This document shows positions 39,114 through 48,265 of a stretch of 64,000 bases of DNA, piece by piece (position 1 is the stretch's first letter; each line of letters begins with the position of its first letter). A program made the position numbers and the translations under genes. Below the pieces are notes generated by a model. That model searched no databases and was not told the origin of the DNA. It was given only the letters and a program-made list of their open reading frames with translations. Source of the stretch: an uncultured virus (IMG/VR IMGVR_UViG_3300010157_000038) (taxonomy: Duplodnaviria; Heunggongvirae; Uroviricota; Caudoviricetes); IMG/VR virus record IMGVR_UViG_3300010157_000038. One strand, given 5' to 3'.

Positions 39114-40309
39114 AATACGCTTCTATAGTACCATTGATTGGTGGCGAGACTATCGCCATGCAGAATGTTTTTGGCTCAAGACCTGAATACATCTTATCGT
39201 ATTCACCTTTTGCAAATAACGACCAACACATCGTAAAGCACTATAATAATGAAGTTCAATACGCGCTCATCGATAAGAACGATAGGGTATCATTGAAGAA
39301 AGGTAAGATCGATGTAGTGAATACCGTATGTCCTTGCGCCGGATTAAGCTCTCTATCTCCTTCGGCAAAATCTGACGCTTCTGCGAACGATTGGATGAGT
39401 GAGACGGCGAAGTACGTACTAGCGAATATTCAACCTCGAGTATTCTGGGGAGAGAATGCACCTCGTTTGGCATCTAAGATGGGTGAACCTGTAGTGGCCA
39501 AACTTCGTAAGATCGGTAAAGAACATGGTTATAGTTTCATGATCTATAAAACCAAGTCAATTCTTCATGGTCTGTCTCAAGTTCGAGATCGTACTTTCTA
39601 TTTCTTTTTTAAAGGCACCAAAGTTCCTGTTTTTAAATTCTACGATCGACCTCACGAGCGTATAGAAGATACTATTCGAAACGCACTAGCTCCAAGTGAC
39701 GATCCGATGAACCAGCTTACGAATAAGAAACTGCCGAGTCAGGATCCTTTCTATCGATTTGTTCTAGAAAGCATCCATAACGGTATATCTCATAGAGAGT
39801 TCCAGAGACAGATCGAGAAGTCTATCGGCGCTATGGAGTATATAGAGAATATGAAATACGATTACCGCGCTGTAGCATCTTGGTTCGATGAAAAAGGAAT
39901 GAACTCTAAGCTCATATCCAGATGCAAGATGATGCAGAAGAAATTGGATTCCGGTGGTAACATCATGAGAAAAATCACCGAGATTCCAAAAGATTATATC
40001 GGAGCGTTTGTTGGTCACTATCCGACAAATCTGACTCATCCTGATGATGACCGCTATCTTACGATTCGCGAATGTCTAGCGATCATGAAACTTCCAAAAG
40101 ATTTTCAACTTCAAGGAGGACTCAAGAACTTGAATCATATATGCCAGAATGTGCCTGTCACTACGGCGCAAGATATGGCCTTTGAGATATCACAATATCT
40201 TGAAGATGATTTATCTATGATGGATACCGATTTTGCAGTTATCAATAATAAGACGAAGAGTTATTCATCAAATTATAAGCCAGAATCTTTAGACAAATTT
40301 TTCACTTAA
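39110..40309 (+). CDS. C5 DNA-cytosine methyltransferase-fold protein with atypical motif I
   Basis: CPCAGLS (IV), GENAP (VI), QVRDR (VIII), RYLTIRE (IX), QNVP (X); motif I reads IVPLIGG. Confidence 0.8.
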   Translation: MKYASIVPLIGGETIAMQNVFGSRPEYILSYSPFANNDQHIVKHYNNEVQYALIDKNDRVSLKKGKIDVVNTVCPCAGLSSLSPSAKSDASANDWMSETAKYVLANIQPRVFWGENAPRLASKMGEPVVAKLRKIGKEHGYSFMIYKTKSILHGLSQVRDRTFYFFFKGTKVPVFKFYDRPHERIEDTIRNALAPSDDPMNQLTNKKLPSQDPFYRFVLESIHNGISHREFQRQIEKSIGAMEYIENMKYDYRAVASWFDEKGMNSKLISRCKMMQKKLDSGGNIMRKITEIPKDYIGAFVGHYPTNLTHPDDDRYLTIRECLAIMKLPKDFQLQGGLKNLNHICQNVPVTTAQDMAFEISQYLEDDLSMMDTDFAVINNKTKSYSSNYKPESLDKFFT

Positions 40310-40366
40310 AATGCAATAAGTTGTACATTCATCAATTTTGTATTATAGTCAGTTTATATATCTTTT

Positions 40367-41413
40367 ATGTCTACACTGCTCGAAAAACTCAAGAAGAACT
40401 CTAAGCTAGAACTTACATCGGTCCTTTCGGAATCGAAAATCTTTAATAAGAAAGACGATATCCCGACCGACGTCCCAATGCTCAATGTTGCTCTCTCCGG
40501 AGACCTAGAGCACGGATTAACGAGTGGACTTACGGTATTAGCCGGTCCCTCAAAGCATTTTAAAACTTCATTCGGATTGATAATGGTTGCTTCATATTTG
40601 AGGCAGTATCCTGATGCGGCAATCCTTTTTTACGATTCAGAATTTGGTTCGCCTTTCGACTATTGGAAGACGTTCGGCATCGACACGAGCAAAGTTATTC
40701 ATAGCCCTATTCGTAATGTTGAAGAATTAAAGTTCGATATCATGAATCAATTGGCCAATATCTCAAAAGGAGATAAGATTATGATCTTTATCGATTCCGT
40801 TGGTAATTTGGCCTCAAAGAAAGAAGTCGAAGACGCGTTGAACGAGAAGTCTGTCGCAGATATGACTCGAGCGAAAGCGTTCAAGAGTCTATTCCGCATG
40901 GTGACTCCATACTTGCATTTGAATGACATCCCTCTGCTGTGTGTCGGTCATACTTATAAAACACAGGATATGTATCCAAAGGATGTTCTATCTGGTGGTA
41001 CCGGTATCTACTACAGCGCCGATACCGTTTGGATCTTAGGTCGTCAGCAGGACAAAGATGCGGAAGGTCTCAATGGTTATAACTTCGTGATCAACGTTGA
41101 TAAGAGCCGTTTTGTTCGCGAAAAGAGTAAAGTTCCAGTCTCAGTATCATTCGCTCGCGGTATAGAAAAATACTCGGGTCTTCTTGATGTCGCATTAGAG
41201 GGAGGCTTTGTAGTAAAACCAAGCATGGGTTGGTACTCTATTAAAGACTCTCAGAAGAAGCATCGCGAAGCGGATACTTACACGAAAGAGTTCTGGGATC
41301 CTATCTTAACTTCTCAAGAGTTTAAAGACTACATTCGTTCCAAGTATAAACTTGGAATGGGTGCGGTCAATCTAAATACACCTTCTATCAAAGATGACGA
41401 CGAAGAAACCTAA
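40367..41413 (+). CDS. uvsX: RecA-like recombinase UvsX
   Basis: AGPSKHFKT, YDSEFG, IDSVGNLASKKE, GGTG. Confidence 0.96.
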   Translation: MSTLLEKLKKNSKLELTSVLSESKIFNKKDDIPTDVPMLNVALSGDLEHGLTSGLTVLAGPSKHFKTSFGLIMVASYLRQYPDAAILFYDSEFGSPFDYWKTFGIDTSKVIHSPIRNVEELKFDIMNQLANISKGDKIMIFIDSVGNLASKKEVEDALNEKSVADMTRAKAFKSLFRMVTPYLHLNDIPLLCVGHTYKTQDMYPKDVLSGGTGIYYSADTVWILGRQQDKDAEGLNGYNFVINVDKSRFVREKSKVPVSVSFARGIEKYSGLLDVALEGGFVVKPSMGWYSIKDSQKKHREADTYTKEFWDPILTSQEFKDYIRSKYKLGMGAVNLNTPSIKDDDEET

Positions 41414-41771
41414 TATAATTACAGAAGACGATTACACTTTAGTAGAAAAGCCAGATTCACTGATGTACTCAGTGAAGATTAAAAAGGGAAAATATACTGA
41501 CGTAATCGTAACTTATGGGGAAGTAAGAATAAAAGCTGATCCAGAAAATGATAAAGCCGATCTCCATTTTAAATATCAAATAATAGAATCACCAAAAAAA
41601 TTAAATGTACAAGAGCTTGAAAAGAGTGTAGAGTTTAATAATCTGCTAGGCGATATTTTAACTTACATCTTGCAAACGGCCTTTGATACTGGAAATTATA
41701 AATTAGGCTCAAAAGAAAAAACAAATGGTATCGAATCTACAACTGACGATTCTGCAGAAACTGATCAATGA
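41394..41771 (+). CDS. Conserved protein in gp40 (head assembly chaperone) position
   Basis: Between uvsX and gp41; GKYTDVIVTYG..FNNLLGDIL. Confidence 0.6.
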   Translation: MTTKKPNIITEDDYTLVEKPDSLMYSVKIKKGKYTDVIVTYGEVRIKADPENDKADLHFKYQIIESPKKLNVQELEKSVEFNNLLGDILTYILQTAFDTGNYKLGSKEKTNGIESTTDDSAETDQ

Positions 41772-43119
41772 TGAAAAGTTCTGTAGAAAGGTTTTACCGT
41801 TTATTAAAACGGAATATTTTGAAGGTGCAAACAAATCGGTCTATAAGGTTATACTGGATTTCATTGGTAAATATAATAAATTACCGACATCTATTTCTCT
41901 TGGAATAGATTTAGATTCTGCAAATCTTTCTGAAGACATATATCCTGAAGCAGTAAAAATCATAGACTCTTTAGGTGAAAATCCTTTAGTTGAAGATCAG
42001 TGGCTGATTGAGCATACTGAAAAGTGGTGCAAAGATCGTGCAGTATTCTTAGCTATCATGGAGTCAATTCAGATTATTGATGGAAAAAGTAAAAATAAAG
42101 TACAAACTGCAATTCCAGATATTCTTCAAAAGGCATTAAGTATTAGTTTTGATGATAGTGTAGGTCACGATTATATTGCTGATGCTGAAGAAAGATTTGA
42201 CTTTTATCACAAAACTGAAGATAAACTTCCGTTTGATCTCGATATGTTTAATACAATAACTAAAGGCGGTGTTCCTAGAAAAACATTGAATATTGCCTTG
42301 GCTGGTACCGGCGTAGGAAAGAGCTTGTTTATGTGTCATGTCGCAGCATCTGCGCTGTCTCAAGGAAAGAATGTTTTGTATATTACACTTGAAATGTCGG
42401 AAGAAAGAATTGCAGAACGAGTAGATGCAAATCTTATGAATGTAGCGATAGACCAATTAGAAATTTTACCTCGTGATACTTTTGAAAATAAAATAACAAA
42501 GATTGCTGCGAATACTACAGGCAAATTAATTATTAAAGAGTATCCGACTGCTTCTGCGCACGCCGGTCATTTTCGTGCGCTTTTAAATGAATTGAAATTA
42601 AAGAAGAATTTTAAACCAGATGTAATCTTTATAGATTATTTAAATATATGTTCTTCTGAAAGAATTAGAGGTTTAAGCGGCGGTGTTAATACATATTCAT
42701 TAGTTAAAGCAATTGCTGAAGAGATTCGTGGACTCGCTGTAGAATTTGATGTTCCTATATTCTCAGCAACTCAAACTACAAGGTCTGGATTTGGCAATAC
42801 TGATGTTGAACTTACTGATACCTCTGAGTCTTTTGGTTTACCTGCTACAGCGGATCTTATGTTTGCATTAATATCTACTGAAGAACTAGAAAAGATAGGG
42901 CAGATCATGGTAAAGCAATTAAAAAATAGATACAATGACGTGGTAAAGAATAAAAGATTTGTTATAGGAGTAGATAGATCTAAGATGAAATTATATGATG
43001 TTGAAGACAAAGCTCAGAATCTTTCTAGCGATTCTAGTGGCGGCCATAAAAAAAATATATCGAAAATAGCTTCAACTTCAGCAGCAAAACATAATTTCAA
43101 TGGATTTCAAGTAGAATAA
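41725..43119 (+). CDS. gp41: Replicative helicase
   Basis: AGTGVGKS, IDYLNIC, ATQTTR, SESFGLPATAD, KQLKNRY. Confidence 0.96.
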   Translation: MVSNLQLTILQKLINDEKFCRKVLPFIKTEYFEGANKSVYKVILDFIGKYNKLPTSISLGIDLDSANLSEDIYPEAVKIIDSLGENPLVEDQWLIEHTEKWCKDRAVFLAIMESIQIIDGKSKNKVQTAIPDILQKALSISFDDSVGHDYIADAEERFDFYHKTEDKLPFDLDMFNTITKGGVPRKTLNIALAGTGVGKSLFMCHVAASALSQGKNVLYITLEMSEERIAERVDANLMNVAIDQLEILPRDTFENKITKIAANTTGKLIIKEYPTASAHAGHFRALLNELKLKKNFKPDVIFIDYLNICSSERIRGLSGGVNTYSLVKAIAEEIRGLAVEFDVPIFSATQTTRSGFGNTDVELTDTSESFGLPATADLMFALISTEELEKIGQIMVKQLKNRYNDVVKNKRFVIGVDRSKMKLYDVEDKAQNLSSDSSGGHKKNISKIASTSAAKHNFNGFQVE

Positions 43120-43141
43120 TAATAATAATAGTAATAATTTT

Positions 43142-43291
43142 ATGTTAATAAATAATAATAGCCAAACAACATTTGCAGATATATCAATAAGCTTTGAGGC
43201 ATACGTTGAAAAAACGATACACACTCACTTAAATCAAATTCAATATGAATTTGATTTCAATATGTTTCGATATACTGTTAGTTTAGATTGA
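43142..43291 (+). CDS. Small hypothetical protein (49 aa)
   Basis: ATG-TGA ORF filling the gap; below the ORF-track cutoff. Confidence 0.35.
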   Translation: MLINNNSQTTFADISISFEAYVEKTIHTHLNQIQYEFDFNMFRYTVSLD

Positions 43292-43375
43292 TAATTAATC
43301 ATTTTAAATTGTACAATTTATATTTACTCGTGTATATTTAATCTTTAAGTAAACAATTAAACTATTAATATTATT

Positions 43376-43987
43376 ATGAGCATGTTCGATTATATAGACT
43401 ACAGAGGTAAGTTACCATGTAATGCGGAAATGTCACTTTTGAAATTAAATGAAGTAGCGGAATGGAATCTTCAAACCAAGGATCTCAAGGATCTCGCAGA
43501 CGTTTTATCAGAATACGTAGTTAAAGCGAAGATACTTTATGTTAAAAAATATAAGGTATCAGAATGGGTAGAAAATGACTCAGAAAGTAATAATCCGATG
43601 GATCGGTTGGGTCATTTTCGTAATGAAGGTGAATATCTCGATAAGTCCGATTATACTGGCGAATTAAATGCTTATACGAGTCTTTATGATATAAATGATA
43701 GATGGGACTGTTGGTTAGAATGGAAGTTTACTTTTGTAAAAGGAAAACTTGTAAAAACTAAATTGTTTAACTTTAAATCAGAATCTAATCAAGCTCGCCT
43801 AGCTGCTCGAGCAGCTCGCCTAGAACGAGACAAGCTATTCCTAGAAGAAATTGCTTATCGAAACAGTGTTTGGTATAATAAGTATCTATTTCATACAATA
43901 GCTTACAGCTGGATTCGTCGTAAAACTAGTTATATATTATATACTACTGGAAATTTTATAGCGTCTTTATCATATAAATTACCTTAA
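43376..43987 (+). CDS. Hypothetical protein
   Basis: MSMFDYI..QTKDL..FVKGKL; preceded by TGTACA-N17-TATATT at 43310. Confidence 0.75.
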   Translation: MSMFDYIDYRGKLPCNAEMSLLKLNEVAEWNLQTKDLKDLADVLSEYVVKAKILYVKKYKVSEWVENDSESNNPMDRLGHFRNEGEYLDKSDYTGELNAYTSLYDINDRWDCWLEWKFTFVKGKLVKTKLFNFKSESNQARLAARAARLERDKLFLEEIAYRNSVWYNKYLFHTIAYSWIRRKTSYILYTTGNFIASLSYKLP

Positions 43988-43994
43988 TAACATC

Positions 43995-44300
43995 ATGGAA
44001 TCAAAAAATTCAAATACCTCAGAGTTTAATCCGTCACATTATCGCTTATTCGATTCAAAAAACTATCGCAAAAAAGTTAAGCGTTTAGTCGAAATGGTAA
44101 AATACTGTCGTAATATTACATCATTTCCTCGCCCAGCTCCACAGCTCAAGTCTAATGCTACTGCAAATGAGAGGGCAAAGCGTATGGACTTTGAAGATCT
44201 TCGTCTATCCTCAAATACTATGCATTGGTTTGCACAGCCATATGAAAGTCAACGGAATAGCCAACAATCTTCGTCGAAAATGCATGAATTCCAAACTTGA
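43995..44300 (+). CDS. Hypothetical protein
   Basis: 101-aa basic ORF in tandem. Confidence 0.55.
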   Translation: MESKNSNTSEFNPSHYRLFDSKNYRKKVKRLVEMVKYCRNITSFPRPAPQLKSNATANERAKRMDFEDLRLSSNTMHWFAQPYESQRNSQQSSSKMHEFQT

Positions 44301-44483
44301 AAAGACCATATTTGACAAATATCCTAAGATATTTGTCGATCATACTAAGTCTCTTCAAGATACTAATATGGTTTATGGCTTATAGATAGGAGATGGCCAG
44401 TAGTTATAATTAATATGATTCACGAGTTTTATAATCCTATTCCTGTTATAGTAGAAAATAAACAAGAAGATAAAATTTTATAG
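44284..44483 (+). pseudogene. Two decayed gene fragments
   Basis: MNSKLEKTIFDKYPKIF..YGL*IGDG with an internal TAG, then the 22-codon MIHEFYNPIPVIVE stub at 44415. Confidence 0.5.
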
Positions 44484-44509
44484 ATTAATAAAAGCTCAGA
44501 TTTTACACA

Positions 44510-45202
44510 ATGAATAACTTTATTTCCAATTACGAGATAAAAGATGAAGAATACGATATCGATACCCTCGATAAGTATTTAAATCTTCCATTAAATAAAC
44601 GCCAGAAAACAGTTTGGTTTTGGCCGTGTTCAATATATCTCACTCCGATAACCATGAAGTCGGATTTACGATCCAAGAATAAAAGCGAGTGGGAGAAATT
44701 TTATCTATACGTGTATAGCAACTATCCAATACAATTTTTCTTTCGATATACGCTTGACATACAACTTTCTTACATTAAAAGAAATATCAGAGAGTGTTAT
44801 TATAAGTTAAAATATAGAATATCGAATCCTCATAAAGAAATGAGAGACAGTGTATTTCCTCCAGCGTATCAAGATCTGCCAAATATCATTATAAAGTTCC
44901 ATATGGAATGTTTGATTGAGTATGTAGAACGCGAAGATTGCTTTGGTAAGATAGATTGGAATTCTTCAAAAGAACATAAGAAGCTTGCAAAGCTGATTCG
45001 TTATTACTATGACTATGCAAAATCTGGAAGAGACGAACTTCAGAAGAATCTAGATGAAGCTTATGATAGAGTTGAAGTTAATTCAAATAAGCCATATCTA
45101 ACCATATATCATGATGTTCATTTAGCTGAAAATAGATTAAAAGATGCCGATACTAAACTTTGCAAATGGGTAATAGATAATAGAGAACACTTATGGTCTT
45201 AA
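44510..45202 (+). CDS. Hypothetical protein
   Basis: 230-aa ORF ending WVIDNREHLWS. Confidence 0.75.
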   Translation: MNNFISNYEIKDEEYDIDTLDKYLNLPLNKRQKTVWFWPCSIYLTPITMKSDLRSKNKSEWEKFYLYVYSNYPIQFFFRYTLDIQLSYIKRNIRECYYKLKYRISNPHKEMRDSVFPPAYQDLPNIIIKFHMECLIEYVEREDCFGKIDWNSSKEHKKLAKLIRYYYDYAKSGRDELQKNLDEAYDRVEVNSNKPYLTIYHDVHLAENRLKDADTKLCKWVIDNREHLWS

Positions 45203-45281
45203 GTTGTTGGTAATCAACAACTTAAAAAATATACAGTTTTGTCACTTTATTATTTACAAAGACCTTGATTTTCCATAGTAT
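45200..45281 (+). promoter_or_regulatory. Third palindrome copy plus TTTACA-N17-TAGTAT promoter
   Basis: TAAGTTGTTG-N5-CAACAACTTA at 45200-45224; -35 at 45253. Confidence 0.75.
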
Positions 45282-45307
45282 TTTTTACGGATTAAAACCA
45301 ATAAAAT

Positions 45308-45685
45308 ATGTTAAACAATAATACTACTACTACAAATAATAATACTGTTTCTGTTAATGCTGTTTCTGCAACAGCAGCAAAGACAAAAACTCCCGCTCCA
45401 TCGGCTCCATCGGCTCCAAAAAAGCCAGTGAAGCAACCGAAGCCATCCGTGAAGGAAAGCTTCCGCAGAGGTCTAAAAAAGGCTGAAGCCGTCTCAATCA
45501 TAGAGAATTTTAATTTTCCAAAAGAGCCTTTTACTCTCTCTGAGATTTGTGAAAAAACCGGCATCTGTCACTGGTACTTGATCGAATTCGTAAAAAAGAA
45601 CGGTAAGATCGTAGGCGATTCTAGCAAGAGACCAGGCGCTCGTGGTAAAGCAGCAAAGCTTTATCAAATTACTCTAGGTAGCTAA
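45308..45685 (+). CDS. Basic Pro/Lys-rich protein with wHTH-like C-terminus
   Basis: FTLSEICEKTGI..GARGKAAKLY. Confidence 0.7.
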   Translation: MLNNNTTTTNNNTVSVNAVSATAAKTKTPAPSAPSAPKKPVKQPKPSVKESFRRGLKKAEAVSIIENFNFPKEPFTLSEICEKTGICHWYLIEFVKKNGKIVGDSSKRPGARGKAAKLYQITLGS

Positions 45686-45695
45686 TACTAATAAA

Positions 45696-45845
45696 ATGAT
45701 TATACTATCGATTGGTATTATTCTATGTATCGTTGCGTTTTGTGCAGAATGTGCATTTGGTGATAAATTAGTACATGATACTACTGATGAAGTAAAAGCT
45801 GAAGCAGAAAAGCTTGAAAAAGATATTAAATCTAATAAGTCTTAA
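45696..45845 (+). CDS. Small membrane-anchored protein (49 aa)
   Basis: MIILSIGIILCIVAF hydrophobic segment then a charged helix. Confidence 0.6.
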   Translation: MIILSIGIILCIVAFCAECAFGDKLVHDTTDEVKAEAEKLEKDIKSNKS

Positions 45846-45863
45846 TTAAGATTTTATTAAATC

Positions 45864-45900
45864 ATAGCTGGTCGCGCTAAACACGTGACCAGCTATTTTT
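45864..45900 (+). terminator. Rho-independent terminator
   Basis: ATAGCTGGTCGCG / CGTGACCAGCTAT plus T-run. Confidence 0.85.
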
Positions 45901-45951
45901 ATAGTTCTTTAGAATATTAATAGTAACAATAACTTTAAAGTAAGTCAGTCA

Positions 45952-46155
45952 ATGAAATTCACAACGGCTCTCCCAGATGGAAGACATCGAGTAAATAAGT
46001 CTGATATAATTAAATATCTAATTAAGTTAAAAAAATATAAACAGAAAGCTACAGTACTAGGAACTATTCCGGTATCTCCTCGCGAAATTCAACAAGAAGC
46101 CAAAGAATTAATACAATATACGGCTGATAAATTTATAAATCAATCTGACGACTAG
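45952..46155 (+). CDS. Hypothetical protein
   Basis: 67-aa ORF in tandem. Confidence 0.55.
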   Translation: MKFTTALPDGRHRVNKSDIIKYLIKLKKYKQKATVLGTIPVSPREIQQEAKELIQYTADKFINQSDD

Positions 46156-46166
46156 TACCTAATATA

Positions 46167-46664
46167 ATGGAAAGCAATATAGCAATTTCTGGAGGATCGA
46201 TACTGCAGAGGAAAATAGTGTCACAAGCTGCAAAATTCTATTTAAAGAAATTGCTTCCTAAAAACTATTTTGAAGTTACTCTCGTAATAAAACTTAAAAA
46301 GAATTATTACGAGCGAAGTGGTTCTCGTGCCGACATGATACCAGATGATGATCAAGACTCAGATGACTATCCTCGCGAATTTGAGCTTCAATTAGATTCA
46401 AGCATGAAAATGTGTGGATTATTAAGAGCTTTAGCTCATGAGTGCGTGCACGTAAAGCAATATGTACTTTATGAAATGGAAGATACTAGTAATATACACA
46501 TAGTTTGTTGGAACAAGAAAAAATACGATACTCGTAAAATAAATTATTTCGATCTGCCTTGGGAAATAGATGCCTATGGTAGAGAAATTGGGCTTCATTC
46601 TATTTTTATAGAACGATTTAAGTATTTAAAAGCTAAATGGAATCAATACGATCCAGATTACTAA
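46167..46664 (+). CDS. HExxH metallopeptidase-like (SprT-type) protein
   Basis: LAHECVHVKQY and PWEIDAYG. Confidence 0.8.
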   Translation: MESNIAISGGSILQRKIVSQAAKFYLKKLLPKNYFEVTLVIKLKKNYYERSGSRADMIPDDDQDSDDYPREFELQLDSSMKMCGLLRALAHECVHVKQYVLYEMEDTSNIHIVCWNKKKYDTRKINYFDLPWEIDAYGREIGLHSIFIERFKYLKAKWNQYDPDY

Positions 46665-46679
46665 TAATAAATATTAGAT

Positions 46680-47510
46680 ATGATTTCCAATAACTTTATC
46701 TCAAATCTAAGTAAACTTCAAATGATGTATGTTCTTGCAGATAAAAATTGGGGAAAGATATCAGCAGAAGTTAGAAATCAATATAATAAGTATTTAATAG
46801 AAGCTTCAAAGTCTGAAATTGACATTGCTCTCGGTAGAGCAAATAAAATGACAATAGAGTTTTTAAAGTGGTCTCATCAAAATAATTATTCAGGAAGCAT
46901 AAGGGGAGTATGGTTAGTTAACCACAAGAGAGATGTGGAAAGAATAGCGGGAATACAATTATCATCTATCGAAGATCCATTTCAATTTTTAGTTCAATTT
47001 AGTTCTGGTCCGGCAAACGGTTATATCGGTGTATCTTTAAACTATTTCATAGGCAAAAAGAAGCAGTTATCTATTAAGTGCCCTACCCTCGAGTCAATAG
47101 ATAAATCTTTAAAAACTACACTTTTTAAAGATTCAAAGGCTTTAATATTAAAGCAAAAAAAGGATAAAAAAATAAATATCCTCAAAGAATTAAAAAATGA
47201 ATTATATGATACACTTTCTAACTTAAAGCCGAATGAGCTGCTATGTCATATTGTAGATCTATGGGTAGATGCTGACGTAACATATCCTCCATTTGTAAGA
47301 ATAATTGGAAAAAACTATCAAGAACCATTTTTAGCAGACGTCTATCACTTCGTTTCAGATAAAAGAGCCGAATGTATTTCAAACTATGGAATACAACTCA
47401 AGAACCTTAAAAATTGTATTGAAGTGACCTCTGATACTACGCATATAATGAATATATGTTTTGAGTTCGACGAGGATAAGCCCAATTGTGTAATTATTAC
47501 TGTCTCATGA
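46680..47510 (+). CDS. Hypothetical protein, possible degenerate restriction-endonuclease fold
   Basis: DPFQFLVQF..YIGVSLN resembles an eroded (P)D..GISLK motif. Confidence 0.4.
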   Translation: MISNNFISNLSKLQMMYVLADKNWGKISAEVRNQYNKYLIEASKSEIDIALGRANKMTIEFLKWSHQNNYSGSIRGVWLVNHKRDVERIAGIQLSSIEDPFQFLVQFSSGPANGYIGVSLNYFIGKKKQLSIKCPTLESIDKSLKTTLFKDSKALILKQKKDKKINILKELKNELYDTLSNLKPNELLCHIVDLWVDADVTYPPFVRIIGKNYQEPFLADVYHFVSDKRAECISNYGIQLKNLKNCIEVTSDTTHIMNICFEFDEDKPNCVIITVS

Positions 47511-48265
47511 TTCTAGGGATAACACATTTTGGAGATAAAGCATTTCTACCATTACTCAATGAGTGGTTAGAAGTTTATGCAAATTCGGGTTGCAAGTATA
47601 ACGTCGTGATCCTTGCAGATCTAACAGTTCCTTTACCAGACAATTGTGTTCCATATAACACACAAGATACTGCTCGATTATCTTATCTTAGATTTGATCC
47701 GCTCTTAGACATTAAGATAGTTAGAAAGAAAATGGCGTTTGATATAAAAGGCGCGTTGATCTGTCAGGCGCTGAAAGTACTGCCTAGATGTATTATATTA
47801 GACTCAGATGCCTTTTTCGTCAAAGACCCTAGTAAACTTATAGAAGCTTTACCTAAAGTCGCCATGGGCATCGGAGAAGATCCTAATACTCGGTATATAG
47901 CTGGATTGCAAGAATATATTAGAGAAAGGAACGCCGGAGTACTATACTTTGGAACTAATGACTCCCTCGATAGGGATAAAGTTATTGCTTTATATAAAAC
48001 TAGCTTTATATCAGCTAAAGAATGTAATAACAATACTATGCTTGAACAAATAGCATGGACTTTAACTTCCCATATTTTGTTTAATAGCAAGCAGTGTGTG
48101 GAACTTCCTAAAGAGCTTAATTGGTCTCATCAGTGGGGTAAAAATACAAATTCGACATATATACTCCATATGCATGGCCCATCAAAATACTTGACTCTTA
48201 AGAATGCTGAACGCGGCCCGTCAGGAGAAATATCACCTAAATATAAAGACTACTACTATGCTTGA
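47507..48265 (+). CDS. GT-A glycosyltransferase-like protein
   Basis: DIKG..ILDSDAF (DxD), RNAGVLY, EQ, LN, ILHMHG. Confidence 0.75.
   Translation: MILGITHFGDKAFLPLLNEWLEVYANSGCKYNVVILADLTVPLPDNCVPYNTQDTARLSYLRFDPLLDIKIVRKKMAFDIKGALICQALKVLPRCIILDSDAFFVKDPSKLIEALPKVAMGIGEDPNTRYIAGLQEYIRERNAGVLYFGTNDSLDRDKVIALYKTSFISAKECNNNTMLEQIAWTLTSHILFNSKQCVELPKELNWSHQWGKNTNSTYILHMHGPSKYLTLKNAERGPSGEISPKYKDYYYA

Noticed and set aside
44383..44403. TAG stop-codon reassignment
   Set aside because: Core genes are intact under code 11 and several end normally in TAG (26256, 33646, 60249), so this is local decay.
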